Shown here in pieces: positions 31,801 through 40,451 of a stretch of 64,000 bases of DNA (position 1 is the first letter of the stretch; each line of letters opens with the position of its first letter). The position numbers and the translations under genes were made by a program. The DNA comes from a bacterium. Lineage in GTDB: Bacteria; Zhuqueibacterota; Zhuqueibacteria; Residuimicrobiales; Krinioviventaceae. Below the pieces are notes generated by a model. The model ran no database searches, was not told where the DNA came from, and saw only the letters and a program-made list of their open reading frames with translations. Location: the NCBI GenBank assembly GCA_963675755.2, contig CAXXMD010000003.1, forward strand, positions 160,001-224,000, written 5' to 3'.

Positions 31801-32141
31801 AATCCGTTCTCATGTCACATTGGAAAGTGGATGACCGATTTACTTCAAAACTGATGCCTTTATTTTATCATTATTATTTAACAAAAAAAATGGACAAAGC
31901 AGATGCGCTAGCAAATGCCAAGAGGGATCTTATTAAATCATCGCAAGAAATAAACGGGGAGCATTACCAGCACCCCTTATACTGGGCTGCATTTACTTTA
32001 TATGGCAATCCTGATAAAATCACAAACACATCACCCATTTTACCGGCAGCCATATTGGGTTCAATTTTCATTTTTGCGATACTCGGTGGAGCAGTTGTTA
32101 AAAAAAAGAAAAGCACAAAAAAAAGCGGACATTTAAATTAA
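28845..32141 (+). CDS. Exported TPR-CHAT (caspase/HetF-like, clan CD) cysteine protease with a C-terminal membrane anchor
   Basis: Signal peptide MKKLIPTLLLLISSCLAFA. Many TPRs. CHAT motifs IPDGPL..LPFE.L, ILHLATHA (His), LVTLSACETG (Cys), GAGAKSV.MSHWKVDD and HPLYWAAFTLYG. C-terminal TM followed by KKKK. Alternative GTG start at 28839. Confidence 0.9.
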   Translation: MKKLIPTLLLLISSCLAFANQDNVEYYDFLQTLQGLSDSTQLEHTLNYLYDHPDFWKIYEKAYRLFTYTGQKEKAYTFYANLVNDKQYSPYANLYLSKLYREDNKADFAKQYFISGLEQRQDYYIISEYAKNYTNSSQIDSIAKSLLDSTQLLMANGMSNYYKAKYTEAIDLLEQVLQHDNNLNLQIMLGYCYIINNQHQQADSVFEAGYNDAIKQYNIDGQIIFLQSLGKLALTQNNYNKAETLLNKALEKSDEIIDYRRKITTFNELGKLKQKQDKTDSSLVYFNLAQSYSDKFKGEIQLAQVLRNGYNFHLHHQYSQAVQCYKESIELIEPNDWNNELRVKSLLVTLYERFGMISLMNQMLAECKVLANENNYISTQKWVELQEIKNQLSLDNLDIQRKNLVKLYNYYLNKGNNNLYGCLHTLAKSYIIEHKYKKAQTFYQLALDQAIKTNNQSKIAYYYARLAFWDIKCDETDKALARLDSAKTIINKIDDSYMARFVYRTTGLAHEKAADYDSALVYYYKAIPHTERLRNKLSAEDLRIGVFSSDASIYQGIARSYLQKYISSNNSSLLDSLYKYEESFRSRALKDRMDNRNIMSGSGKPTNEYSQAMEMISDLQQKLRKQAGTEHTDPEWDQLMGDLEAAKYTLIQQRIFMIDSLKTSQQKDSGTSVQLSEIRKQLEKNNAGLLEYHIDSEISFVLVVTPDTTHTVLLATSQDSLSKKIKKLMSPLHDLQEQDPKIPFYAQTAYQLYAEIFNPIEKEIKLPENLLVIPDGPLMNLPFEMLVTHKPNKAAYTPLDEPDYSNSFLLNQYSLFYSPTSNILKKSGLKLLNRPNMMVFANPFSNVNEISDNVLQYRSRTGWNFQALPFAELEANEISKLTSRVKLYKRQNAIETYFSQNASKYDILHLATHAFVDTSFEAFSGLILASSEDSTNDGILMGYEIEDLDLDCELVTLSACETGRGKNMAAEGLLGLPRLFMGAGAKSVLMSHWKVDDRFTSKLMPLFYHYYLTKKMDKADALANAKRDLIKSSQEINGEHYQHPLYWAAFTLYGNPDKITNTSPILPAAILGSIFIFAILGGAVVKKKKSTKKSGHLN

Positions 32142-32177
32142 ACATCCGCTTCCATCATTATATAAAATCCTGAATTG

Positions 32178-33233
32178 CTAGCCAATAGCAATCATACGAT
32201 CCACAGCTGTCTTTGCTCTCACCCGAATATCTTCTGGCACTTCAATCTGATATCTCATCAATTTCAAAGCATCCCGGGTTTCTTCCAGGGTTATTTCATT
32301 CATATGTGGACACCGAACACTGCAAAGCCTGAGCATTTCCTTGTCAGGATTCTCACCGGCAATATTGTCACCCATGCTGCATTCAGTCAACAGCAAATAT
32401 CGCTCTGCCTTTGTCTCTTGTACATATTTGATCATACCGGTTGTGCTGCCCGCATAATCCGAAGCCTCAATAACTTCAGGACTGCATTCAAGGTGCGCCA
32501 ATACCACAACATCCGGGAATTGTTTACGTACATTTGCAACATCCTCGGGGGTAAATTGCTCATGCACTTCACATTTCCCCGACCATCCAACAATCTGATA
32601 ATCAAGCCCATTGCCACGCTTGGAAACATCTGAAGGATCTTTTGATGGAAAGATTATGCGCTTTCCCGTTTCCTGTGCAATATTTTTAGCCATAAATTCA
32701 TCCGGCAAAAAAATAATAGCCTCATCACCAAAGGATTCCACAACCTGCACAGCATTACCCGAAGTACAGCACACATCACTTTCTGCTTTTACATCAGCAT
32801 ACGTATTCACATACGTAACAACCGGTACACCGGGAAACTCTTTTTTCAATTTACGCACATCTTCTGCTGTTATGCTTTCTGCCAAAGAACAACCGCCCTT
32901 TGGAGATGGTAATAATACCGTTTTATCAGGGCTCAGGATCTTGGCTGTTTCAGCCATAAATCTTACACCACAAAAAACGATAACATCTTTATCCGTTGTA
33001 GCTGCAAGGCGTGACAGTCCCAAAGAATCTCCGGTATAGTCTGGTACTGAATGAAACAGAGCGGGTTCCATATAGTTATGACCCAGAATAACGGCATTCC
33101 GTTCTTCTTTGAGTTGATTTATCTCCATGGCAAGTTCCGCTTTGATACGCAATTCAACATCCGGAACGATGCCTTTGAGTTTTATTTTTAATTTATCAAA
33201 CATTTCGTCAACAGTTTTAGCTGCAATAGCCAT
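32178..33233 (-). CDS. nadA: Quinolinate synthase
   Basis: LGHNY, GDSLGL, FCGVRFMAETAKIL, GGCSLA, YVNT.A.VKA.SD.CCTS.NA, C.VH and CPHM motifs. Confidence 0.97.
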   Translation of the reverse strand: MAIAAKTVDEMFDKLKIKLKGIVPDVELRIKAELAMEINQLKEERNAVILGHNYMEPALFHSVPDYTGDSLGLSRLAATTDKDVIVFCGVRFMAETAKILSPDKTVLLPSPKGGCSLAESITAEDVRKLKKEFPGVPVVTYVNTYADVKAESDVCCTSGNAVQVVESFGDEAIIFLPDEFMAKNIAQETGKRIIFPSKDPSDVSKRGNGLDYQIVGWSGKCEVHEQFTPEDVANVRKQFPDVVVLAHLECSPEVIEASDYAGSTTGMIKYVQETKAERYLLLTECSMGDNIAGENPDKEMLRLCSVRCPHMNEITLEETRDALKLMRYQIEVPEDIRVRAKTAVDRMIAIG

Positions 33234-33293
33234 GAATTACCTCAATTGTTTTTTACAGTTGGTTTCTGTTTCCTATTAAAATAAGAAATAATT

Positions 33294-34721
33294 CTACAAG
33301 ATCAAATTGAATTGATGCGGTAATGATATTTTCAATTTACCAAGCATAAATGATACAGCGCCAATCATTTCATCGTTATGTTTCAAGGCATAATAACCAT
33401 TTTTTATACCATCAAAATCCATCCTGCTATTATAAAACAGTTCCTTTAGACTTTTTTCTTCCAATTCAATAAAAGATTGGGTAATATTATTACCAAAAAA
33501 CTGGGCGCCGTTACTAGTCAATTTCCATTGATTACCTTTGCGCACGGCCACAGGCAGTCCGGATTTGATAAACATTTCCGCAGGAAAAGATTCCCAGTCC
33601 TTACCGCATAGCCAAAGCCTTTTACTGGTCAGGTTAAATTTATAATCATCAAAAAATGATTTCTCAATACCCCAACGCTCACTTATATAATCAATAACCG
33701 GTACAAGCCGGGGATCATCACTGTTTTGCAAATAAATACTCTCAATTTTAGGCGGGGTTCCTTTAAATCGTATTGTATCTGTTTTTTTCAGCTTGGCTAC
33801 AAAAAACGCTTCAAATGGCTGGGGATGCGGAAATACCCGTTTGGTTTTTTGTATAGACTCGTCATACTTTTGGTCATTGTATTCCAAAATCCCATTTGAT
33901 ACAGATTCCCCCTCTAACCAGTCCATTGATTGCAATTCGACAGGATAGTCTGCCAGAACACTGTTAACAATGGCTTCATTTTCTTCAGCAGTCAGGGTGC
34001 ATGTTGAATAAACAATGGTACCACCGGGTTTAGCTGCCTTGATTGCAGACACCAGCATATGCTTTTGCGTGTTTAACAGGGTTTCAAGACCGGTAACACT
34101 CCACAGACTTCCGGTTCGCAAAACCTGTCCCGGCAATTTTGATAGTCCGGAACAAGGTGCATCAACAAGTACACGATCAAAAGATTCATAAAATAAACGC
34201 CCCATGCGTTGCCCCGGCATTTGCAAAAAAACATCGTTAACAATGCCAGCCCGGGATGTATTGGTTAACAGGGGTTGCTGCCGTTTCAATGAGGGATCAC
34301 ACAACAATAGTCGTCCCTTGTTTTGCATCATGGCGGCAATCTGTGTTGACTTTGAGCCGGGTGACGCAGCCATATCCAGCACTGAATCTCCGGGTTGCGG
34401 ATCAAGTGCCAACACCGGGATCTGCGAAGAAATACCCTGTCCATGAAACTCGCCACAGTAATATGAAAGCGTATGGGTTAAACGGGAAATATCATCATGC
34501 AAGATCAATCCGGTTGGATTGTAGGGATGTGGAGAAAAACCACAATCCCATTTTTTCATTTTTTCCAGAAAATCATTTACAGTTAATTTCAAAGAATTAA
34601 CACGTATTGCTGCAGGTTCTTCCGGAGAATTGACAAACCGTGATAAATCATCCTTTAAAACGGATTCAAGCGCTGTTTTTATTTCCTGGGGTAGTGCGTT
34701 ATATAGATCGTGATTCAACAT
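33294..34721 (-). CDS. RsmB/RsmF (NOL1/NOP2/Sun) RNA m5C methyltransferase
   Basis: VLDMAASPGSKSTQIA, FDRVLVDAPCSG and IVYSTCT....ENE motifs. Start uncertain (34721 or 34727). Confidence 0.9.
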   Translation of the reverse strand: MLNHDLYNALPQEIKTALESVLKDDLSRFVNSPEEPAAIRVNSLKLTVNDFLEKMKKWDCGFSPHPYNPTGLILHDDISRLTHTLSYYCGEFHGQGISSQIPVLALDPQPGDSVLDMAASPGSKSTQIAAMMQNKGRLLLCDPSLKRQQPLLTNTSRAGIVNDVFLQMPGQRMGRLFYESFDRVLVDAPCSGLSKLPGQVLRTGSLWSVTGLETLLNTQKHMLVSAIKAAKPGGTIVYSTCTLTAEENEAIVNSVLADYPVELQSMDWLEGESVSNGILEYNDQKYDESIQKTKRVFPHPQPFEAFFVAKLKKTDTIRFKGTPPKIESIYLQNSDDPRLVPVIDYISERWGIEKSFFDDYKFNLTSKRLWLCGKDWESFPAEMFIKSGLPVAVRKGNQWKLTSNGAQFFGNNITQSFIELEEKSLKELFYNSRMDFDGIKNGYYALKHNDEMIGAVSFMLGKLKISLPHQFNLIL

Positions 34722-34857
34722 GTACATACCTGATAAAAAAGAGACAGAAAAAAATATAATAATTTTCAAATCTAAATGAAACCGGAATATTTGACAAATT
34801 GATTTGTTTTATATTTTTAATCGTAAAATCCATGTATCAGATAATTTGGAGAAAGAT

Positions 34858-35214
34858 ATGTCACAAGTAGAAACCGGTCTTGAACAGGCCCTTATCAATA
34901 TATCACCGGAAGCACAAAAACAGTTTTTAACCATTATGCATGAGAATGAGAATCAATACAAGTTTTTGCGTCTTGGCGTTAATGCATCCGGCTGTTCAGG
35001 ATATTCTTACCTAGTGCTTTTTGAGAATTATAAAAAAGGAACAGACCAGCAAATTGATTTTGGTGAATTATCTGTATTGATATCCGCCGATTCAATTGAA
35101 ATGGTTAAAGGGGCCAACATTGATTACCAGACTGATGAAAACAGGAGCGGTTTTGTGATTGACAATCCAAGCAAAAGCGGTTCCTGCGGCTGTGGTGGCT
35201 CTTGCGGTTGTTAA
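34858..35214 (+). CDS. iscA: A-type Fe-S cluster carrier (IscA/SufA/ErpA, HesB family)
   Basis: LRLGV..SGCSGYSY and F.IDNP....SCGCG motifs. GGAG RBS before ATG 34858. Confidence 0.88.
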   Translation: MSQVETGLEQALINISPEAQKQFLTIMHENENQYKFLRLGVNASGCSGYSYLVLFENYKKGTDQQIDFGELSVLISADSIEMVKGANIDYQTDENRSGFVIDNPSKSGSCGCGGSCGC

Positions 35215-35221
35215 ACTTTTT

Positions 35222-35254
35222 AAGCTCTGATTTAAACAATCAGGGCTTTTTTTA
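35222..35254 (+). terminator. Intrinsic terminator after iscA
   Basis: AAGCTCTGATT-TAAAC-AATCAGGGCTT followed by a T-run. Confidence 0.75.
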
Positions 35255-35372
35255 TTTATTCTTGCAAACTATCCGTCCCTCTTGAAAAAAACACCCTCAT
35301 TTCTTTTAAATATTATTTTTATTTTATTTTACGATTTCGTAAGTTACAGTATTGTATAAAAACGGAAAATGT

Positions 35373-37487
35373 ATGAGAGACCAGTATAAATCCAGAGACC
35401 AGCTTTACCGTGAAGTGTTGACTCTGCGCAAGCAATTACGCGAATATAAAGATAAATACGATAATACACAGGCCAATATTAATAATGTTCAAACCAGTCC
35501 TCAAGAGCACAATATACTACTGGACTATTTGACAGATTATATATATACCGTTAGATTCAAAAAAACTAAACCCGCCGAAACCATGCACGGTCCGGGTTGT
35601 GTGTCTGTTACCGGATACACCTCAAAGGAATACACAAAAGATCCTGAACTGTGGTTTAGAATGGTATACAAAAGAGACCGGGAAGCCGTCTCCAAGCAGG
35701 CCCAAATGGCCCGTGACGGAAAGGCCGTTCCCCCATTGGAACACCGAATAATCCATAAAGATGGCAGTATACGCTGGGTACGTAACACCGTTGTACAATT
35801 GCGTGATGAAAACGGCAAATTTTACGGTTATAATGGGCTGATCAATGACATTACTGCACGAAAAAAAGCCGAAAAGACCCTGCTTACCAGTGAATTAAAA
35901 TATCGTTCACTTACAAATGATGTTTTGGAAAGCACCAAAGTAGGTATTGTAATACTGGATTATAAATACAATATCGTCTGGGTTAACCGTGCCTACGAGT
36001 ACTATACAGGCTTGAAACGTATTGATATTATTGGCAAAAATGCTCAGGATTATCTAAAATCCACGGTCAAACATCTGTTTCAAAATCCTGAAAATTTTGA
36101 AAAAATGGTCAATTCCTCTTATGGTTCAATAGAAACTGTAAATTTTGAATGCTGCCGTGTCAATAATCACGGAGAAATGGTGCGCTGTCTTGAATACTGG
36201 AGCATGCCAATAAAAACCGGTTTGTATGCAGGCGGTCGAATTGAGCAGTATTATGATGTTACCGAACATAAAACCATTCTTGATGATGTCGTTGAAAGTG
36301 AAAGACGGCATAAACAGCTATTGCACCACCTTACCGATTATGTCTATTCTGTCAAAGTGGAATTTGGTGAACCTGTTGATACATTCCATGGTATCGGCTG
36401 CGTTGCTGTAACCGGTTATACACAGGAAGATTTTGCCATGAATCCCGATCTTTGGATTGAAATGGTATACGATGAAGACCGTGATGATGTCAGAGAGCAT
36501 GCACGTAAAGCCCTGCTGGGAAAATCTTCAAAACCGCTGGTCCATCGCATCACCCACAGGGATGGATCATTGAGATGGGTTAAGAGCACGATTGTATTGC
36601 AAAAAAATGAAAAAGGAAATGTAATTTCCTATGACGGCCTGATAAATGACATTACAGAATTGAAAAAAGCGGAAGAACTTGATAAAATGCGCCAGCAGCA
36701 GCTGGTTCAGGCTGATAAAATGGTTACACTGGGTATTCTGGTATCGGGTGTGGCTCACGAGATCAATAATCCCAACAATTTCATAATGCTCAACAACAAG
36801 ATGATCAATAAAGCCTGGGAAAGCACAAAACCCATTCTTGACGAATATTACAATGAGCATGGTGATTTTGTTCTGGCTGGTATGCCCTATTCTAAAGCCC
36901 ACGACAAGATTGCTGAACTGATAACCGGTATTAGTGAAGGCGGGCAACGAATTAAAAAAATTGTAGAAAGCCTGAAAAACTTTGCACGTCACGATACCGG
37001 TGTTTTAGACCAGTCCATTAACCTGAATAAAGTTGTAGAAGCCGCTATCCTAATCGTAAACAATTTAATCAAAAAATCTACAACCGATTTCAAGGTAAAA
37101 TTTGCACCCAAGCTGCCTGAATTTCAAGGCAATTTCCAACAACTTGAACAATTGTTGATCAATCTAATTACAAATTCCTGTGAAGCTCTGAGCAAAAAAG
37201 AAAAACAATTACACATTACTACATTCTGGAACCGGGAATCGAACCAGGTTGGATTCTCAGTTATGGATAATGGTGACGGAATCACCAAAGACGATATGAA
37301 ACACATTATAGATCCGTTTTTTACGACCAAACGCGAAATCGGTGGAACAGGATTAGGGCTTTCCATCGCATACAATATTATTAAAGATCATGGCGGAGAA
37401 TTGCATCTTGACTCCCGGTTAGGATTCGGTACAACCGCCACAATAACAATTCCTCTGAATGATAAAGATTTTGGAGCAATATCATGA
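35373..37487 (+). CDS. Cytoplasmic PAS-PAS-PAS sensor histidine kinase (NtrB-like)
   Basis: H-box GVAHEINNP, N-box NLITNS.EA, G1 DNGDGI, F-box DPFFTTK, G2 GTGLGL. No TM segments. Confidence 0.92.
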   Translation: MRDQYKSRDQLYREVLTLRKQLREYKDKYDNTQANINNVQTSPQEHNILLDYLTDYIYTVRFKKTKPAETMHGPGCVSVTGYTSKEYTKDPELWFRMVYKRDREAVSKQAQMARDGKAVPPLEHRIIHKDGSIRWVRNTVVQLRDENGKFYGYNGLINDITARKKAEKTLLTSELKYRSLTNDVLESTKVGIVILDYKYNIVWVNRAYEYYTGLKRIDIIGKNAQDYLKSTVKHLFQNPENFEKMVNSSYGSIETVNFECCRVNNHGEMVRCLEYWSMPIKTGLYAGGRIEQYYDVTEHKTILDDVVESERRHKQLLHHLTDYVYSVKVEFGEPVDTFHGIGCVAVTGYTQEDFAMNPDLWIEMVYDEDRDDVREHARKALLGKSSKPLVHRITHRDGSLRWVKSTIVLQKNEKGNVISYDGLINDITELKKAEELDKMRQQQLVQADKMVTLGILVSGVAHEINNPNNFIMLNNKMINKAWESTKPILDEYYNEHGDFVLAGMPYSKAHDKIAELITGISEGGQRIKKIVESLKNFARHDTGVLDQSINLNKVVEAAILIVNNLIKKSTTDFKVKFAPKLPEFQGNFQQLEQLLINLITNSCEALSKKEKQLHITTFWNRESNQVGFSVMDNGDGITKDDMKHIIDPFFTTKREIGGTGLGLSIAYNIIKDHGGELHLDSRLGFGTTATITIPLNDKDFGAIS

Positions 37488-38902
37488 ACGCATTAGATTA
37501 CCCTGAATTCCCGGTACTTATTGTTGATGATGAAGAGAATTTCCTCCTCAGTGCGGGCTTTACGCTCAGTTCAAACGGCATCAACAATGTTTTACAATGT
37601 CAAAACAGTACCAAAGTTATGGGTATATTGAAAGAAAAAACCGTATCCGTCATAGCTCTCGACATGACCATGCCCGAGATGTCCGGCTGGGATTTACTGC
37701 CTTTGATTGTCAAAGATTTCCCGGATGTTCCGGTAATTGTAATAACTGCGGTAAACGAGGTAGAAACTGCTGTAGAGTGTATGAAAGCTGGCGCTTTTGA
37801 TTATATCGTCAAGCCCGTTGATGACTCACGTCTGGTGACGGCAATTCAACGCGCACTTGAATTACGTGAAGTAATGGCAGAAAACGTTAAATTGAAACAA
37901 TACCTGCTCTCAGGAAAGTTGGAACACCCTGAAATTTTTGAGCATATTATCACCAAAAGCAACCTGATGCGCTCAATTTTCCAATACATTGAAGCAGTTG
38001 CGGGTACATCATTGCCGGTTTTGGTAACCGGCGAGACCGGTACCGGTAAAGAATTGTTTGCCCGTTCTATACATGACATGAGCGGTAGAAAAGGTGAATT
38101 TATTGCTGTTAACGTAGCTGGCCTTGATGACAATCTATTTTCAGACAGCCTTTTTGGACATAAAAAAGGCGCGTTTACCGGAGCAGACAAGGAACGCAAA
38201 GGTCTCATTGAACAGGCTGCAGGCGGAACCTTGTTTTTAGACGAAATCGGTGATCTCAGCATGGAATCTCAGGTCAAACTTTTGAGATTGCTCCAGGAAA
38301 AGCAATATTATCCCATAGGCTCAGATATCCCCAAAATGTCTGACGCCCGGGTTGTGGTAGCAACCCACCGGGATATCGATCAAATGTCTGAAGATGAAAC
38401 CTTTAGAAAAGATTTATACTACCGATTAAAAGCACACCATGTAAATATTCCCCCGCTCAGTGAGCGTAAAGAGGATATCCCCTTACTTATCAACTTTTTC
38501 CTGAACAAGGCATCAAAAGAGTTGAACAAAAAACGCCCAACACCTCCCAGAGAACTGTTCACATTGCTGAACAATTATGATTTTCCGGGTAACATCCGTG
38601 AACTGGAAGGCATGATATTCGATGCAGTTAGTCGTCATAAATCAGGCGTCTTGTCTACGGAAACATTCCGTGAAGTTGTAACCCCTAAAACCATTCAAAA
38701 TACAAACATGGACGCGGGAACAGAAATTCACGGATTGAACAACATTATTTTTCCTGATCCCTTACCTTCACTTAAAGAAATAGAAAACAGTATCATTGCT
38801 GAAGCTTTAAAACGCGCGGATGGTAACCAAACTATCGCAGCACAAATGCTTGGCATGACCCGCAGAGCACTAAACAACAGACTTCAACGCGCCCGCAAAT
38901 AA
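37484..38902 (+). CDS. Sigma54-dependent response regulator (NtrC family)
   Basis: REC domain (DD..D..K), GETGTGKE, GAFTGA, FLDEIG and FRKDLYYRL motifs, Fis-type HTH. ATGA overlap with the kinase. Confidence 0.95.
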   Translation: MNALDYPEFPVLIVDDEENFLLSAGFTLSSNGINNVLQCQNSTKVMGILKEKTVSVIALDMTMPEMSGWDLLPLIVKDFPDVPVIVITAVNEVETAVECMKAGAFDYIVKPVDDSRLVTAIQRALELREVMAENVKLKQYLLSGKLEHPEIFEHIITKSNLMRSIFQYIEAVAGTSLPVLVTGETGTGKELFARSIHDMSGRKGEFIAVNVAGLDDNLFSDSLFGHKKGAFTGADKERKGLIEQAAGGTLFLDEIGDLSMESQVKLLRLLQEKQYYPIGSDIPKMSDARVVVATHRDIDQMSEDETFRKDLYYRLKAHHVNIPPLSERKEDIPLLINFFLNKASKELNKKRPTPPRELFTLLNNYDFPGNIRELEGMIFDAVSRHKSGVLSTETFREVVTPKTIQNTNMDAGTEIHGLNNIIFPDPLPSLKEIENSIIAEALKRADGNQTIAAQMLGMTRRALNNRLQRARK

Positions 38903-38905
38903 AGG

Positions 38906-39009
38906 GTGCCACAGATTTACCATATGCCACAAAATTTCATCTTGACATAAAATATTATTTTACAACAGCTTGAACCGGTTCAGCTAAACAAGGTGGAATT
39001 TTTGTGGCA
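38906..39009. promoter_or_regulatory. Three TGCCAC-A(N)ATTT-type repeats (two direct, one inverted), candidate enhancer sites
   Basis: TGCCACAGATTTACCA (38907), TGCCACAAAATTTCA (38925) and inverted TGGAATTTTTGTGGCA (38994-39009), 80-180 bp upstream of a sigma54 promoter. Confidence 0.6.
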
Positions 39010-39087
39010 CCCCTTTTCAAGGTCCCCCAAAAAATATTTTCAACATAAAGCCAGTTTTAACAATAACTTACAAACCAAAAAAGCTTG

Positions 39088-39103
39088 TGGCACACCCTTT
39101 GCT
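39088..39103 (+). promoter_or_regulatory. Sigma54 (-24/-12) promoter
   Basis: TGGCAC-ACCCT-TTGCT matches TGGCAC-N5-TTGCW, with GG and GC 12 nt apart. Confidence 0.85.
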
Positions 39104-39198
39104 AAGGTAAGGGTGAACATCAATTGAAATAGTTTACAAAGCTTTGTAACAAATATATAAAACATCAAATTTAGCACTACCATAAAGGAGCAAGCATC

Positions 39199-39594
39199 AT
39201 GAAAAAATATATCGTTTTATTTGTACTCGTAGCCCTGTTCGCAGGCAACAGTTTAGCAGCTGAAAATGTATCAAAAGATCGTTTAGAATTGGCAGAAAAA
39301 GCATACAAACTTGCATTAAAATCAGATAACGCAGGTGTTCGCAACAGCGCACTGCATCGCATTGCAGTTTTAAAATCTCGTTCTCCTGAATTCGAAACCA
39401 GCGAATACAAAAATATCTTGAAATCAATGGCTAACAAAGATGACAAAGCATATATTCGCGTTAACGCCAAAATCACTTTGGATTTGTTGAACAATAAAAA
39501 CTTGATTGAAAATGTAGATACTGAAACCGTTGACCCTAACGAATTCTTTAACAGTATTCACATGAAGATGGTTGATCTTTACGCAATAAATTAA
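39199..39594 (+). CDS. Small secreted helical (HEAT-like) protein, probable sigma54/NtrC target
   Basis: AAGGAG RBS. Signal peptide. 'ALKSDNAGVRNSA...L..MA..D....IRVNA' HEAT-like motifs. Confidence 0.8.
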   Translation: MKKYIVLFVLVALFAGNSLAAENVSKDRLELAEKAYKLALKSDNAGVRNSALHRIAVLKSRSPEFETSEYKNILKSMANKDDKAYIRVNAKITLDLLNNKNLIENVDTETVDPNEFFNSIHMKMVDLYAIN

Positions 39595-39672
39595 TAGCAA
39601 TTAATAGATTTTAGTTCTTTGAACAAGTATACCCTTTCATAACCATTTACTTTTCTTTTCCCAACCTCCGAA

Positions 39673-39705
39673 AAACTAGCGCCTGATACACTCAGGCGCT
39701 AGTTT
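39673..39705. terminator. Perfect 14-bp hairpin after the small secreted gene
   Basis: AAACTAGCGCCTGA-TACAC-TCAGGCGCTAGTTT. Confidence 0.75.
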
Positions 39706-39838
39706 AACAAAAAAGAAAGGGTCTACAAAGAGTTTTTCAAGCCAAATGTACCAAATGTCTTTAGAGGAGTTTTACTCCCTTATGTGATAGATATATGCTG
39801 AATAACTATATTTACCCTTGATTTTCCCGACCTCTGTA

Positions 39839-39866
39839 TAAAGCCCTCTTCTACCCGAGGGCTTTA
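39839..39866. terminator. Hairpin just downstream of the minus-strand gene run
   Basis: TAAAGCCCTC-loop-GAGGGCTTTA, 6 nt past the stop of the 39873..40430 gene. Confidence 0.65.
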
Positions 39867-39872
39867 TCATTT

Positions 39873-40430
39873 CTAGTAATCAGAAAATACAACTTTGACT
39901 TGTTTGCACCCCAGTTCCATTTCTTTACACATATCCATAAAAAAAGCAGTTGCCTTTTCATTGCATTTATCCTGAACATAACTTTCAGTTAACAACTTTT
40001 CCCCTTCCTGAACAAAACGATCAGTTAATGTTTCCAATATCTGGATAGCTTCCCTGTCTTCATTAACCAGCAAACCACGTTCAGGATAACTAACTGTCGA
40101 TCCGTTAATCACAGGTTTTTTTACTCGAATCGGTGGTGCATAAACGGTTAATGCTTTTTCCTTTTGATCATACTTGATATCGTATGGATCTTTATCAAAA
40201 TCCAGGTAAAAATCAAACGTTACACTCGAATTCACCTGTACCTGTGCATCACTCTTTAAAAACACCAATGCTGTTTTTTTAACGGTTTCAACAAAATCAA
40301 CATTTTTGGTTTCTGAGGCTAAAACAAGCTGTGTTAAACCTTCAAACTTTTCTGTATAGGTTCGTGTTGTAATTTTGGGCGCACAAGACGCCAGTATAAC
40401 CACAATACCTGCGATAATTATTTTTTTCAT
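39873..40430 (-). CDS. Lipoprotein, DUF4230-like
   Basis: Lipobox ILASC. 'V.F...LD........K.LTV..PP' pattern typical of DUF4230-type proteins. Confidence 0.65.
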   Translation of the reverse strand: MKKIIIAGIVVILASCAPKITTRTYTEKFEGLTQLVLASETKNVDFVETVKKTALVFLKSDAQVQVNSSVTFDFYLDFDKDPYDIKYDQKEKALTVYAPPIRVKKPVINGSTVSYPERGLLVNEDREAIQILETLTDRFVQEGEKLLTESYVQDKCNEKATAFFMDMCKEMELGCKQVKVVFSDY

Positions 40431-40451
40431 ATCACCCTCATTTTAATATAA

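Noticed and set aside
26334-32141. Type III-E CRISPR (Craspase) locus
   Set aside because: No Cas7-11, cas1 or repeat-spacer array in the window, and this CHAT is exported rather than cytoplasmic. Only the logic is analogous.
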